DNA of 64,000 nucleotides from a virus, in IMG/VR virus record IMGVR_UViG_3300047323_000675. The stretch is one strand, 5' to 3'. The notes beneath the pieces were generated by a model. It was not told where the DNA came from, searched no databases, and was given only the letters and a program-made list of their open reading frames with translations. This document shows positions 40,242 to 49,779 of the stretch, piece after piece (positions within the stretch are counted from its first letter, which is position 1; every line of letters starts with the position of its first letter). The position numbers and the translations under genes were made by a program.

Positions 40242-40420
40242 GTTTAGTTATTCAAAATTTGAGTAACAATATAGTAGGAAAGAAATAAAGTCAAGATGTC
40301 AACAAGCTTATGTTTATAGGTTTAATTAAGAATAGTGAGCTTCATTTCTATTAACAATAATATAAATTTGTAATTTAATTTGAGCTTGCTACAATAATAG
40401 TAATGGTGGAGAAATTATAT

Positions 40421-41149
40421 ATGAAAATTTTAAAAATGAATTGGGCAAAAACTTCTTGGTTAAGACAAGGCTCTTATGGTAATGATTCTTTATTATCATT
40501 TGATTGTTTTATTCCTAAAGATATATTTGAGATAATTAAACCTTCATTTGAAGGCTATATACAAAAAAATGAAAAGAAAACTGCTGTATATAATTTAAAT
40601 GTTATTAGTTCCTTACTTGAAAAGGATCTACAAGTTGAAGTAGACGGTGTAAATATAAATAAAGATGATTTCTATAACCATAAAATGAGAGTTATTGGAT
40701 TATTTGAAAAAAGTACAAATGAAGTAGTCTCAAATTTAGCTAAATTATATAATCAGGAGCTAAAAAATAAAAAATTTAAAGAAGAAGTATCAAAAACAGT
40801 TAATGATATTTTTGGAAATAAGTATTTCATGGAATTATCAATAGGAGTTAAAGTTCCTGAAGATGCAAATTTTGAAAAAATAAATGTAGGTGGGGTGGAG
40901 TACAATATAGATTTTAAATATGGTGTTCAAGAGTCTACCCAATGGGAGGAAGTTTCTCATGAAAACTTTCAAGGAAAATTTGTTTATAGAGCTATACCAA
41001 ACAAAAATAAATTACCAGAATTAAGAGCATTTTTAGAAGAGGCGAAAAATTATGTTAACAATTCTTTAATTGATGAAAATAGCAAATGGTTGCCAGGATT
41101 TGATGCTGCAACTTTTGAACCAAAGAAAAAATTTAGTCCCAAAAAATAA
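40421..41149 (+). CDS. Hypothetical protein, Lys-rich C-terminus
   Basis: Long ORF; GGAG RBS before 40421; ends PKKKFSPKK. Confidence 0.65.
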   Translation: MKILKMNWAKTSWLRQGSYGNDSLLSFDCFIPKDIFEIIKPSFEGYIQKNEKKTAVYNLNVISSLLEKDLQVEVDGVNINKDDFYNHKMRVIGLFEKSTNEVVSNLAKLYNQELKNKKFKEEVSKTVNDIFGNKYFMELSIGVKVPEDANFEKINVGGVEYNIDFKYGVQESTQWEEVSHENFQGKFVYRAIPNKNKLPELRAFLEEAKNYVNNSLIDENSKWLPGFDAATFEPKKKFSPKK

Positions 41150-41171
41150 AAATCAATATTATCTTTTAAAT

Positions 41172-41208
41172 AAAGCCAAACTTTTTAAATTTGTTTGGCT
41201 TTATTTTT
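41172..41208 (+). terminator. Intrinsic terminator
   Basis: AAAGCCAAAC-N11-GTTTGGCTTT plus T tract. Confidence 0.7.
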
Positions 41209-41304
41209 TATTTAAAAAGTTGACAAAATTATAACAAAACTTTATTTGATTCAAATATTTAATTATATCAAAGTATGTTTTTTAAGCTACCCTTTTTACA
41301 AGCA

Positions 41305-41324
41305 TACTGTAAGTATTTACACTA
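41305..41324 (+). promoter_or_regulatory. lux-box-like operator upstream of luxI
   Basis: TACTGTAAGTATTTACACTA, 16/20 palindromic, CTGTA...TACA core; TATTAT -10 candidate at 41343-41348. Confidence 0.65.
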
Positions 41325-41389
41325 ATCTATAAGCCGGATTTATATTATATCTTAAATAACAAAAACAATAGTAAGCGAAAGGATATAGT

Positions 41390-41986
41390 ATGAAGTATGA
41401 AATTATAAGAAATGGTGATAATTTATTTAAAAAATATGAAGCTGATATTTATAAGCTTAGATATAAAGTCTTTAAAGAAATATTAAATTGGAAAGTTGAT
41501 ACAGTAGATGGTGATAAAGAAATAGATTATTTTGATTCTTTAGATGATTTACACTATGTAATTACTTTAGATGATGATGGAACTTTAGTAGGATGTATGA
41601 GATTACTTCCAACAATAAATGATTATATGTTAGAAAAAGTTTTTCCTAATTTATTAGATAATCAAAATATACCTAAAGAAGAAAAAATATGGGAAATAAG
41701 CAGATTTGCAATAGACCCTGATTATCAAAGACAAACAAACATGTTAGCCTTTAATAAAGCAACTCTTTTATTAATGAAAGGAATGTGTGAGTTTTCTAAA
41801 AATCAAAATATTGATTCATATGTAGCAGTAACAACTGATAGAATGGATAGAATGCTCAAAAAACTTAAAATGGATTCACAAATGTTAGGTAAAAAATTAG
41901 CAATGGAAGATTGTAATGTCGTTACACTTCAATTAAATATGAATAATAACAGTTTTAATGCAGTTGAAGAAGCACTTACAAACTAA
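41390..41986 (+). CDS. luxI: Acyl-homoserine lactone synthase (LuxI family)
   Basis: LRYKVFKEILNW, EIDYFD, GCMRLLPT, WEISRF motifs; AAGGA RBS. Confidence 0.93.
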   Translation: MKYEIIRNGDNLFKKYEADIYKLRYKVFKEILNWKVDTVDGDKEIDYFDSLDDLHYVITLDDDGTLVGCMRLLPTINDYMLEKVFPNLLDNQNIPKEEKIWEISRFAIDPDYQRQTNMLAFNKATLLLMKGMCEFSKNQNIDSYVAVTTDRMDRMLKKLKMDSQMLGKKLAMEDCNVVTLQLNMNNNSFNAVEEALTN

Positions 41987-42671
41987 TCATGTTTTTAGTA
42001 ATAGCTAAAGAAATAATTTGATTTTTAGATACACAATTAAATTTTTTCTTTAGCTTTTCGCTATAATCAACACAAGTTCGATAAGAAATATTCATTATAA
42101 TAGAAATTTCTTCCATTGTTTTACCAATTGCTAACCACTTGAGAAATTCGGTTTCTCTTGGTGTTAGTCTTGGATTTTGGAAAAAGTCATGTTTACTTAC
42201 TTCTAATTCAAAAATTTTATGATGAATAAATGGAACTATTGCATTAATATATAACATTGCCTCAAAAGGTATCTTTTTCTTTCCTGCAATAGCAAATAAC
42301 CCTTTTTCGCCACGAGGACCATGAATAGGAAATGTTATGCCATTAGGAATTCCTGCATCGCTAGATTCTTCTCTTAATTTTGCACAATTTTGAAATAATT
42401 CATCAGACCATTCAATTGGTTGAACATTTTGAAAAGCATATGCAATGGTTGCATCATTAAGATAATACTTATTTTTTTTGTAATGATTGATCCAAGATTC
42501 AGAACAACCAGAAAATATATATGGTTCCTCATTAGTTATGATGCTAGGTGCCTTAATCCCATAATTGAATTCATTAACACCATAAAAATTAATGTTTTTC
42601 AAAATTAATTCCTTAACTTCATTCATTGAAGAAGCTGTTGCAAGATCCTGCATAAAATTGATATTTACCAT
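41976..42671 (-). CDS. luxR: AHL-responsive LuxR-family regulator
   Basis: Autoinducer-binding W-x3-Y-x8-D...W...G plus HTH LTPRETEFLKWLAIGKT; 11-bp convergent overlap with luxI. Confidence 0.92.
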   Translation of the reverse strand: MVNINFMQDLATASSMNEVKELILKNINFYGVNEFNYGIKAPSIITNEEPYIFSGCSESWINHYKKNKYYLNDATIAYAFQNVQPIEWSDELFQNCAKLREESSDAGIPNGITFPIHGPRGEKGLFAIAGKKKIPFEAMLYINAIVPFIHHKIFELEVSKHDFFQNPRLTPRETEFLKWLAIGKTMEEISIIMNISYRTCVDYSEKLKKKFNCVSKNQIISLAITKNMISL

Positions 42672-42744
42672 ATACTCTTAAAATTTACTTTTATAATTAT
42701 TAAACAATTCTATAATATCTTATTGATTTAATCAAGAAAGGAAA

Positions 42745-42764
42745 GACTGCATATTTTTACAGTA
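42745..42764 (-). promoter_or_regulatory. Second lux-box-like site upstream of luxR
   Basis: GACTGCATATTTTTACAGTA fits NNCT-N12-AGNN; its reverse complement shares TACTGTAA with the luxI box. Confidence 0.5.
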
Positions 42765-42936
42765 TTAAAATATAACAATTTATATATTATAATGGACCAA
42801 AATATAATATTTTTATTATAAAAAAAGCTAACAAAAATAAACCATAAAGACTGAAAATATTGATTAGATTCTTTCCTAAACTCACATTTACTCTATATTT
42901 TAAATACAGAAAAGCAACACTAAAAACCTTATTTGT

Positions 42937-42965
42937 TTGACATATTTATAACAAATGTATAAAAT
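42937..42965 (+). promoter_or_regulatory. sigma70-like promoter
   Basis: TTGACA-N17-TAAAAT. Confidence 0.6.
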
Positions 42966-42993
42966 ATAATATATGTTGACTAAAGGAAACAAT

Positions 42994-43308
42994 ATGGAAA
43001 ATAAAGAAATTATATCTCCTGAATTTATTATTTTTAAAGGTGATAAAAGTTTTGTTTTTGGAATCAAAGGATTAAACAAAGAAAATCAGAAGAATATCAA
43101 AAGCTCCATTAATTCATCAGAAGCCTCAATTGAAATTAATGAGAGCAATACTTTGGTCTTACATGCTGGTGAACAATCATATAGTTTTAATCTAGAGCCA
43201 TATTTTGGATTCTTTTCACCATCAAAGTTTTATGTAGGTTTTGATTTTATTGATGAAAAACCTCATTTGGATGATGATTATCGTAGAATGTTTAGAGTGC
43301 AAAAATAA
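42994..43308 (+). CDS. Hypothetical protein
   Basis: AAAGGA RBS before ATG 42994; promoter and terminator flank it. Confidence 0.6.
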   Translation: MENKEIISPEFIIFKGDKSFVFGIKGLNKENQKNIKSSINSSEASIEINESNTLVLHAGEQSYSFNLEPYFGFFSPSKFYVGFDFIDEKPHLDDDYRRMFRVQK

Positions 43309-43312
43309 TAAT

Positions 43313-43339
43313 AAAAACCCACATTTTAGTGGGTTTTTT
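43313..43339 (+). terminator. Intrinsic terminator
   Basis: AAAAACCCAC-atttta-GTGGGTTTTT. Confidence 0.8.
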
Positions 43340-43382
43340 CTTTATATTATGATATAATAGCCCTTTATTAATAGGGGTAATT

Positions 43383-44435
43383 ATGCACGATTTAACCTGT
43401 AAAGAATATATAGAACTTATCAATAGTTTAAATTTACCATCAAGAAATAGACAAGTCCTTTTCCAAAAAATTAGATATGGTGGTGGAGTTATTAATGCTA
43501 GTTTTGGCGATCAACTTGTTTTTAATTCAAACACTTATGCAACAAGCTATTTCGTTAATGATGTTTTTACTAATTTAGGTAAGGATTTTTACCATTTACT
43601 AAAATATAGTAAATGGAAGAAAGAATTTATAGACGCAATTCCTAACTTCTTTAGTAATACTTCAGGCAGTAAAAAAAATGAATACTTTACTAAAATTTAT
43701 GAAGTAATAAAAAAATCAGAAGAATTAAATTTAAAGAGTTTAGAAAATAGGAATTTTTTTCTCAAAATCTTTCATATTGCTGTAAATATTGAAGCAAAAA
43801 TTGAAGAAGACTCTATTGTTAAAATAATGTATGACATGTTCAAAGATAAAGAGAATATTGATTTAGATTTATTTAAAGAAATTTTTGCTCTTTATATTGA
43901 AAAAATAAAAACAGATGCAAAGTACCAAAAAAGAATTAATGATATTAAAGCTTGGGCTGCAACTCAAGATTTTACTGAATTAACAAAGAAATATAAAAAT
44001 ATTCGTAATTATTTTGATGATTCGAATGAAGAAAAGGTATTTACTGCATCATCAAAAAAGTATGATTTAAAAGCTATTGCAAAACAAAATAAAACTAAAT
44101 TAAGTGTTATTCAGCAAAATTTTAATGAATTAAATAATTTTATTAGTGAAAAATTAAAAACTAATGAAAATATTCAAGATTTTATTATCCGTGATGAAAA
44201 AATATTCTATAAGGTATTGATTGTTTACGATAAAAGAGATTTTGTAATTAATGCAGCAATTAAAATGCATGAATCATTCTTTGCAATGATTAAAGGTAGC
44301 GAATCGCTTGAAAAAGAATTGATGTATTCTCTATGGGATAAATTAATGATGAAGGCAGATCTTGAAAGTAGTTTTGCAGAAGCCAATAAGGGAACAGGTC
44401 AAATAGAGGCTCCTCGTAAAATTACAAAATTATAA
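43383..44435 (+). CDS. Unknown-family protein with tail-like C-terminus (paralog A)
   Basis: Starts MHDLTCKEYIE; alignable by eye with 44522; ends RKITKL. Confidence 0.7.
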   Translation: MHDLTCKEYIELINSLNLPSRNRQVLFQKIRYGGGVINASFGDQLVFNSNTYATSYFVNDVFTNLGKDFYHLLKYSKWKKEFIDAIPNFFSNTSGSKKNEYFTKIYEVIKKSEELNLKSLENRNFFLKIFHIAVNIEAKIEEDSIVKIMYDMFKDKENIDLDLFKEIFALYIEKIKTDAKYQKRINDIKAWAATQDFTELTKKYKNIRNYFDDSNEEKVFTASSKKYDLKAIAKQNKTKLSVIQQNFNELNNFISEKLKTNENIQDFIIRDEKIFYKVLIVYDKRDFVINAAIKMHESFFAMIKGSESLEKELMYSLWDKLMMKADLESSFAEANKGTGQIEAPRKITKL

Positions 44436-44437
44436 TT

Positions 44438-44466
44438 AAAAAGCTCACAATTTTGTGGGCTTTTTT
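44438..44466 (+). terminator. Intrinsic terminator
   Basis: AAAAAGCTCACAA-tt-TTGTGGGCTTTTT. Confidence 0.8.
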
Positions 44467-44521
44467 GTTTTCCTAAGATTTTTAATTATAATTATATTAA
44501 TAATAATTGAAGAGTTAAATT

Positions 44522-45562
44522 ATGCATGATATGACTTGTAAAGAATATATTGAGATTATTGATGGACTTGATATTAGCTTAATTTCTCGTGGTGCTTTGT
44601 ATGACTTAATTAATTATACTAAAGATGGAACTTTAGATAAATTATTTGTAATGGATGTTATTGATTCAGAATATAGTTTAGTCTCAGAAGTTTTTAGACA
44701 TGTCGGACAAGATATTGAACCCTTTCTTCAATATCGAAAATGGAAAAATAAATTTATAGCAGTTGCTCATAACAAGCTCGGTGAAAGCTTTGGACATGAA
44801 AAAAATTTATTGTTTACTAAAATATTTCAAATTTTTAAAAATTCACCTAATTTAAATTTAAAAGAAAAAGATAACCAAGATTATTTTCTTAATTTATTTA
44901 AAAAATCTGTTGAATTAAGAGCTAAAAATGAAGAACAGTCAGTAGTTCATGTTTTATATAGCTTATTTAAAGAAAAAGAGGAACTTACTAAAGAATTTCT
45001 TAAAGAATTATTTGCTATCTATGTAGATAACATAAAAACTGATCCTAAATATCAATATAGAATAAAAGAGATAAAAGATTGGGCTATAAATCAGGATTTT
45101 AGTGAATTATCAAAAAAATATAAAAATATCAGAAATTATTTTAATACTGATTTAAGTGAAAAAATATGTGAAGCATCTGTCAAAAGATATGATTTAAATG
45201 ATATTGCTGAAAAAACAAAAACTAAATTAGTATGGATTGAAGAAAATTTTAATGCCATAACTAAATTAGTAGATAAAAAATTAATAGGAAATACTAATAT
45301 TCATAATTTTGTATGTATAGATGAAAAAATATTTCATAAAGTTATTCTAGTTTATGAAAAAAGAGATTCTATTGTTGAAGCTGCAACAACTATTCATGAT
45401 GTTTTCTTTTCTATGATAAGTAAGACTAAATCTTTAGAAACTGAATTGATAGAAAATTTATGGGAAAAATTATCTTTAAAAGCTGAAATTGAGGCTGATT
45501 TTAATAAACATAATAAACAACATCCCAAACCAAATGTTTCTACCAAAGTGCAGAAGATTTAA
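44522..45562 (+). CDS. Unknown-family protein with tail-like C-terminus (paralog B)
   Basis: Starts MHDMTCKEYIE; shares ELxKKYKNIRNYF; ends KVQKI. Confidence 0.7.
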   Translation: MHDMTCKEYIEIIDGLDISLISRGALYDLINYTKDGTLDKLFVMDVIDSEYSLVSEVFRHVGQDIEPFLQYRKWKNKFIAVAHNKLGESFGHEKNLLFTKIFQIFKNSPNLNLKEKDNQDYFLNLFKKSVELRAKNEEQSVVHVLYSLFKEKEELTKEFLKELFAIYVDNIKTDPKYQYRIKEIKDWAINQDFSELSKKYKNIRNYFNTDLSEKICEASVKRYDLNDIAEKTKTKLVWIEENFNAITKLVDKKLIGNTNIHNFVCIDEKIFHKVILVYEKRDSIVEAATTIHDVFFSMISKTKSLETELIENLWEKLSLKAEIEADFNKHNKQHPKPNVSTKVQKI

Positions 45563-45624
45563 TTAATTTTTTATATTGACAAAAATTATACAAATATTAC
45601 TTATATATAAAAAATGGATAATAT

Positions 45625-45894
45625 ATGATTATTGAAATAACTTTACCAATTCATGATGATTTAACTTTAATTGCTGCTTGGGATTTTTCAGATAAGGTAT
45701 GGAATGAAAAACAAGCAACATTAAATAAATTTATTAACGGAGTATTAAAGATAAAAGAAGTTAAATATCAAGAAAAAAAATGGAAAGAAAATATCATCTT
45801 TGAATTAGATGCTAAACCTTTCCATTTTTATGATATACAAAATTATTTTAATGATTATTTTAAATCTTTGGGTGCTACTATTTTAGTAAATTAA
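45625..45894 (+). CDS. Hypothetical protein
   Basis: 89-aa ORF behind a TTGACA promoter-like site. Confidence 0.55.
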   Translation: MIIEITLPIHDDLTLIAAWDFSDKVWNEKQATLNKFINGVLKIKEVKYQEKKWKENIIFELDAKPFHFYDIQNYFNDYFKSLGATILVN

Positions 45895-47327
45895 AATCTG
45901 CGTTTTCTTTGAAGACTTTTTTGATCTAAACCAAAGAAAGAGTCATCTACAACAAAGTATTTACCACCTTTTGGAGTTAATTGACGACAATAGTCATTAT
46001 CAATTAATAAAATCCAATTTTTAGGTTCTTTAACTTTATCTCTTAGTTCAAACTCAAGATCTCCATCAGATAATACAACAACATTGTCAGGATATTTCCT
46101 TTTTTCTTTTTTCATGATTTTAAGAATTTCTTCTTCAATACAGTCAAAACCACCAGCATTACCACCATAAAAGCTAATTTGATGCTTTTTTACATCTACT
46201 TCTTCACAATCATCTCCAAATGCAAAAGCACGGCAATGAACTTGTTTTTCTTTAAGGAGTGATACAACGATATTTGAAAATGTATTAAACATATCACGAC
46301 AAGAGCCTGAAGAGTCAATAAATATCCAAACTTCTTTTTTATCTTTGCCTGAAAATTTTTCTTCTTCTTTAATATTAGGTAAAATAATATTACTGTTTTG
46401 TTTTAAGAATGAGGTATAACGACGATGAGTTCCTACCCAAACCTCATGTTCATCATCACTAATATCTTTTTTCTTAGGAATTAAAAGTTTCATTAATTTA
46501 TTAAAACTAGGCTTTTCTGGTGGTGCTTCAAACTCAACTGTATTTCCTTTAATTCTTTTTCCCAATGGAACACCTTTAGGAATGTGTTCTTTAATGCCTT
46601 CTCCAAATTCAGCAAATTCAGGACTCTCAGCTATAGTCTCAGCTACTTCAGGATTTTTTTCTAAAATATTTTTAAAAGCTTCGGAAAAATTATCAGGAGA
46701 AAACTCTGGAGGCTTATTACCTGAACCACCTTCCTTATCTTCTTTTTTTTCTTTAGAATCTTTTTTATTCCCTTTTCCAGACTTTTGTTTATTTTCATTA
46801 TCTTGGCTCTCTCCATTCCCATGTGAGCCTAATAACTTAGGTTCCTTTTTTAAGTCCTTCCTTTGTGCTAGTTTATTATAGTAGTATTCAAAACTTTTAT
46901 CTGTTGGAACATTTGTTTCTTCAGGAAAGCATGTCTCAACCCAACAATAAGGCTGCCAATCAAATCCTTCTCTATGTAAACCAATTTTTTCATGGATATG
47001 ATGATTAATAACAATATCACTAGCTTGATTGCCAATTGAGAAGTCACCACCTAAAGCAATAATTCTTTTTCCGTGATCATATACCACATGATATAATTCA
47101 TGAAGAACAACGAAAGTTTTAGCATCATCACATAATCCATCCCAAAAATCAGGATTAACAAGCATTTCTAAAGTATTTCCTTCTTTATCAAAAGTAATAC
47201 ATGCAGTAGAAACTTCATCACTATAAGAAACATTAGCAAGATTGTAGAGTGCAGCATAAAAAACATCACACTCTTCAATTCTTTTTTTAATTTTAAAAAA
47301 ATCGCTAATATTAAAAGGTTTTTTCAT
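45891..47327 (-). CDS. VWA-like protein with N-terminal HExxH metallopeptidase-like domain (DUF2201 type)
   Basis: HELYH; low-complexity charged linker; FIDSSGS MIDAS-like motif; SDGD; ATG 47327 follows the ATPase stop. Confidence 0.8.
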   Translation of the reverse strand: MKKPFNISDFFKIKKRIEECDVFYAALYNLANVSYSDEVSTACITFDKEGNTLEMLVNPDFWDGLCDDAKTFVVLHELYHVVYDHGKRIIALGGDFSIGNQASDIVINHHIHEKIGLHREGFDWQPYCWVETCFPEETNVPTDKSFEYYYNKLAQRKDLKKEPKLLGSHGNGESQDNENKQKSGKGNKKDSKEKKEDKEGGSGNKPPEFSPDNFSEAFKNILEKNPEVAETIAESPEFAEFGEGIKEHIPKGVPLGKRIKGNTVEFEAPPEKPSFNKLMKLLIPKKKDISDDEHEVWVGTHRRYTSFLKQNSNIILPNIKEEEKFSGKDKKEVWIFIDSSGSCRDMFNTFSNIVVSLLKEKQVHCRAFAFGDDCEEVDVKKHQISFYGGNAGGFDCIEEEILKIMKKEKRKYPDNVVVLSDGDLEFELRDKVKEPKNWILLIDNDYCRQLTPKGGKYFVVDDSFFGLDQKSLQRKRRF

Positions 47328-47329
47328 TA

Positions 47330-49054
47330 TCAATAACCTCTTTTCTTTGGTTTGGAATTCATCCATCCACCACCATAAGATTTATCATAAGGATTATCAT
47401 AAGAATTATCATAAGGATTATTATAAGCTTCTTTTTTTTGAGCTACATAACTTTCTTTGTCAGAAATAGAATCGTATTCTTCTGGAGTGATAATATCTTT
47501 AATATTTTTATTAACAGTAGCGCTCTTTTTTCTTTGAGATGGGCGCGCAGTAAGTTCAGAATAAGTTGATTTTATTTCTTCAGAAGTTAAACCTGCATAC
47601 TTGTCCATAACTTTTTGAATTCTATCATTCATATCTAAAAATTGAGTATCAATGTCATTCTTTTTCCAAATATAAGATGAAACAGATGGATCTAAAAAAG
47701 AATCAAAAGTTTTTTGTATGGAATCATTAATACTTGTTTCAGCAGAAATTAATGCAAAAACAATACCAATTCTTTCAGCTATCTGTTCTTTTGCTCTTTC
47801 TATTGTAATACTATTACTCTTTGCAGCACTTATAGCTTTATTGGTAACATTTCTCATCTTGTTCCAATTAAAGATTTTAATATCTGAACCACTTAATTTC
47901 CAAGATTTTTTCATTAATCCCTGTTCATCAATTAAGCTAACTAATGTTTTTTCAGCATTACTATCAGGAATCAAGCTATTTTCAATTAATGCTTTAGTTG
48001 CAGCAGCTTTTTGAACATATGCCTCTTTAACTTCTTCGGTCATAAATTCTTTAAATTGCTCGAAATTCTTTTTAACAAAAGGATTTTTACCTGGATTCAT
48101 ACAAACAATATCTTTAATAATATCTTTTGCTACAATAGCATTATCCGAGTTTTCAGTACCAATTTTCATGATTAAATCATGAACTTTGCTTTTAGATAAG
48201 AATTCTTTAGAAAGCCATTCTTTATCTAAATGTGGTAAGAAAAACTCAAATATTTCACGGTTACTTCTGAAATAGTTAGCTACATTGGTTGGATAATTCT
48301 TACTTAAAATACCTTTTGATGCACCTACAGTCTTAGCATTAAAATCTTTTTCCAATATAATTAATTGACTTGCAGATTTTAAATCTTCTTTAAGTTTTTG
48401 TGTATTGCCAACAGTAATCATGTCAGCTAAATCACCACCAACTAAATGGAACTGTACCGAGTCAAACAATCTTCGTGGACTAATTTCTTTCTGAACAGCT
48501 TCTGGTTGGTTTTGCCACCAATTACAGAATATTTCTCCTACTTGACCATAAGATTTTTTAAAGTATGCAACATCTACTTCGTATGGTATTTTAATATGGA
48601 TTTGAAATCTATCTTTTACAGCAGGATCTAATGGCTCAACATGGTATTCTTCATCTTCAGTATGAGGATTGATTGCGGCCCAAATCATTTTAATATTATA
48701 TGGTTTACCATTAATAGTTTTAAATTGCATTAACTCCATTAATGCGTTCATTACTTTTTTAGGAGCGCGATTAAGTTCATCAATAAATATAACATCATAT
48801 TTATCATCTACAAAATCTTCTGGAGGAATAAGTCTTAAAACTTCTTTTCCATCTTCTCTGGTAACTGTACTAGGAACACCAACTAAATCTGTCCAAGGGT
48901 CCATAGTAGGTGCAGAAAAATATTTAACTCTATATCCCGCTTTCAGAAAAGTGCTGGAAATAATAGAGGTTTTACCAACTCCTCTTTGTCCTTCAAATAA
49001 AACATTGTAATTATTATTTACATATAGTTCTAATTTTCTTTGATCAACTAACAT
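47330..49054 (-). CDS. MoxR-like (AAA_5) AAA+ ATPase
   Basis: Walker A GQRGVGKT, Walker B VIFIDELNRA, AAINP, LDPAVKDRF. Confidence 0.85.
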   Translation of the reverse strand: MLVDQRKLELYVNNNYNVLFEGQRGVGKTSIISSTFLKAGYRVKYFSAPTMDPWTDLVGVPSTVTREDGKEVLRLIPPEDFVDDKYDVIFIDELNRAPKKVMNALMELMQFKTINGKPYNIKMIWAAINPHTEDEEYHVEPLDPAVKDRFQIHIKIPYEVDVAYFKKSYGQVGEIFCNWWQNQPEAVQKEISPRRLFDSVQFHLVGGDLADMITVGNTQKLKEDLKSASQLIILEKDFNAKTVGASKGILSKNYPTNVANYFRSNREIFEFFLPHLDKEWLSKEFLSKSKVHDLIMKIGTENSDNAIVAKDIIKDIVCMNPGKNPFVKKNFEQFKEFMTEEVKEAYVQKAAATKALIENSLIPDSNAEKTLVSLIDEQGLMKKSWKLSGSDIKIFNWNKMRNVTNKAISAAKSNSITIERAKEQIAERIGIVFALISAETSINDSIQKTFDSFLDPSVSSYIWKKNDIDTQFLDMNDRIQKVMDKYAGLTSEEIKSTYSELTARPSQRKKSATVNKNIKDIITPEEYDSISDKESYVAQKKEAYNNPYDNSYDNPYDKSYGGGWMNSKPKKRGY

Positions 49055-49141
49055 GATTTTCCTTATAATTATTTTTATATTATAAAAGATTTAAAAATGT
49101 TTTCAAATATTTGATTTATATTTTTGATAGTATTCTAAATA

Positions 49142-49168
49142 AAAAAGACCAAACGAATTGGTCTTTTT
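49142..49168. terminator. Intrinsic terminator at end of HRxDGPA array
   Basis: AAAAAGACCAA-acgaa-TTGGTCTTTTT. Confidence 0.8.
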
Positions 49169-49751
49169 ATAATTTCAATTTTTTGTGATTTTTATCGGTA
49201 TTAATTTTAATGTCTTTTTGTAATATCAAATGCCAATATTCTGGTTCATCATATGGTCTTCCTTCATAATAGAACTCAACATTATTTTGTTCTACGATTG
49301 CAGGCCCATCTTCCCTATGTAGTTTTCCGAAGACTATCCACATTGTTTGTTCACCAACAGAACAAAATGCTGGTTCGTTATTTGGATTATGTAATTGTCC
49401 ATTATAATACCAAGCATAGCTTCCATCCGAATCAATTCTGGCTGGACCATTTTCACGATGTAATTGATTATTTTTATACCAAAACATATCACCATTAGGA
49501 TTTGTTGTCGTAGGATTATCGCCATCACGATGCCTTTTACCATGCTTCCACCATTCTTTTCTACCATCTGAATAAATAATAGCTGGCTCATCATTATCTC
49601 TATGAAGTTTTCCCTTAAAATACCATTCTTCAGTCCCATCAGCATGAATAATTGCAGGGCCATTTATTCTATGTGGTTCTCCATTAACTTCCCAATGTTT
49701 ATCACCACAACTACCAATTCTTGTTGGATTATCTATCATAATTAAATGCAA
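49167..49751 (-). CDS. HRxDGPA (MORN-variant) repeat protein with tail
   Basis: LHRENGPA repeats; tail HKKLKL. Confidence 0.8.
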   Translation of the reverse strand: MHLIMIDNPTRIGSCGDKHWEVNGEPHRINGPAIIHADGTEEWYFKGKLHRDNDEPAIIYSDGRKEWWKHGKRHRDGDNPTTTNPNGDMFWYKNNQLHRENGPARIDSDGSYAWYYNGQLHNPNNEPAFCSVGEQTMWIVFGKLHREDGPAIVEQNNVEFYYEGRPYDEPEYWHLILQKDIKINTDKNHKKLKL

Positions 49752-49779
49752 AATATTAAATAAAAAATTATACCATAAT

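Noticed and set aside
46582-49010. Short ORFs overlapping the MoxR/VWA genes (46582, 46868, 47718, 48446, 48669)
   Set aside because: Fully nested in well-supported genes; shadow or alternative frames.
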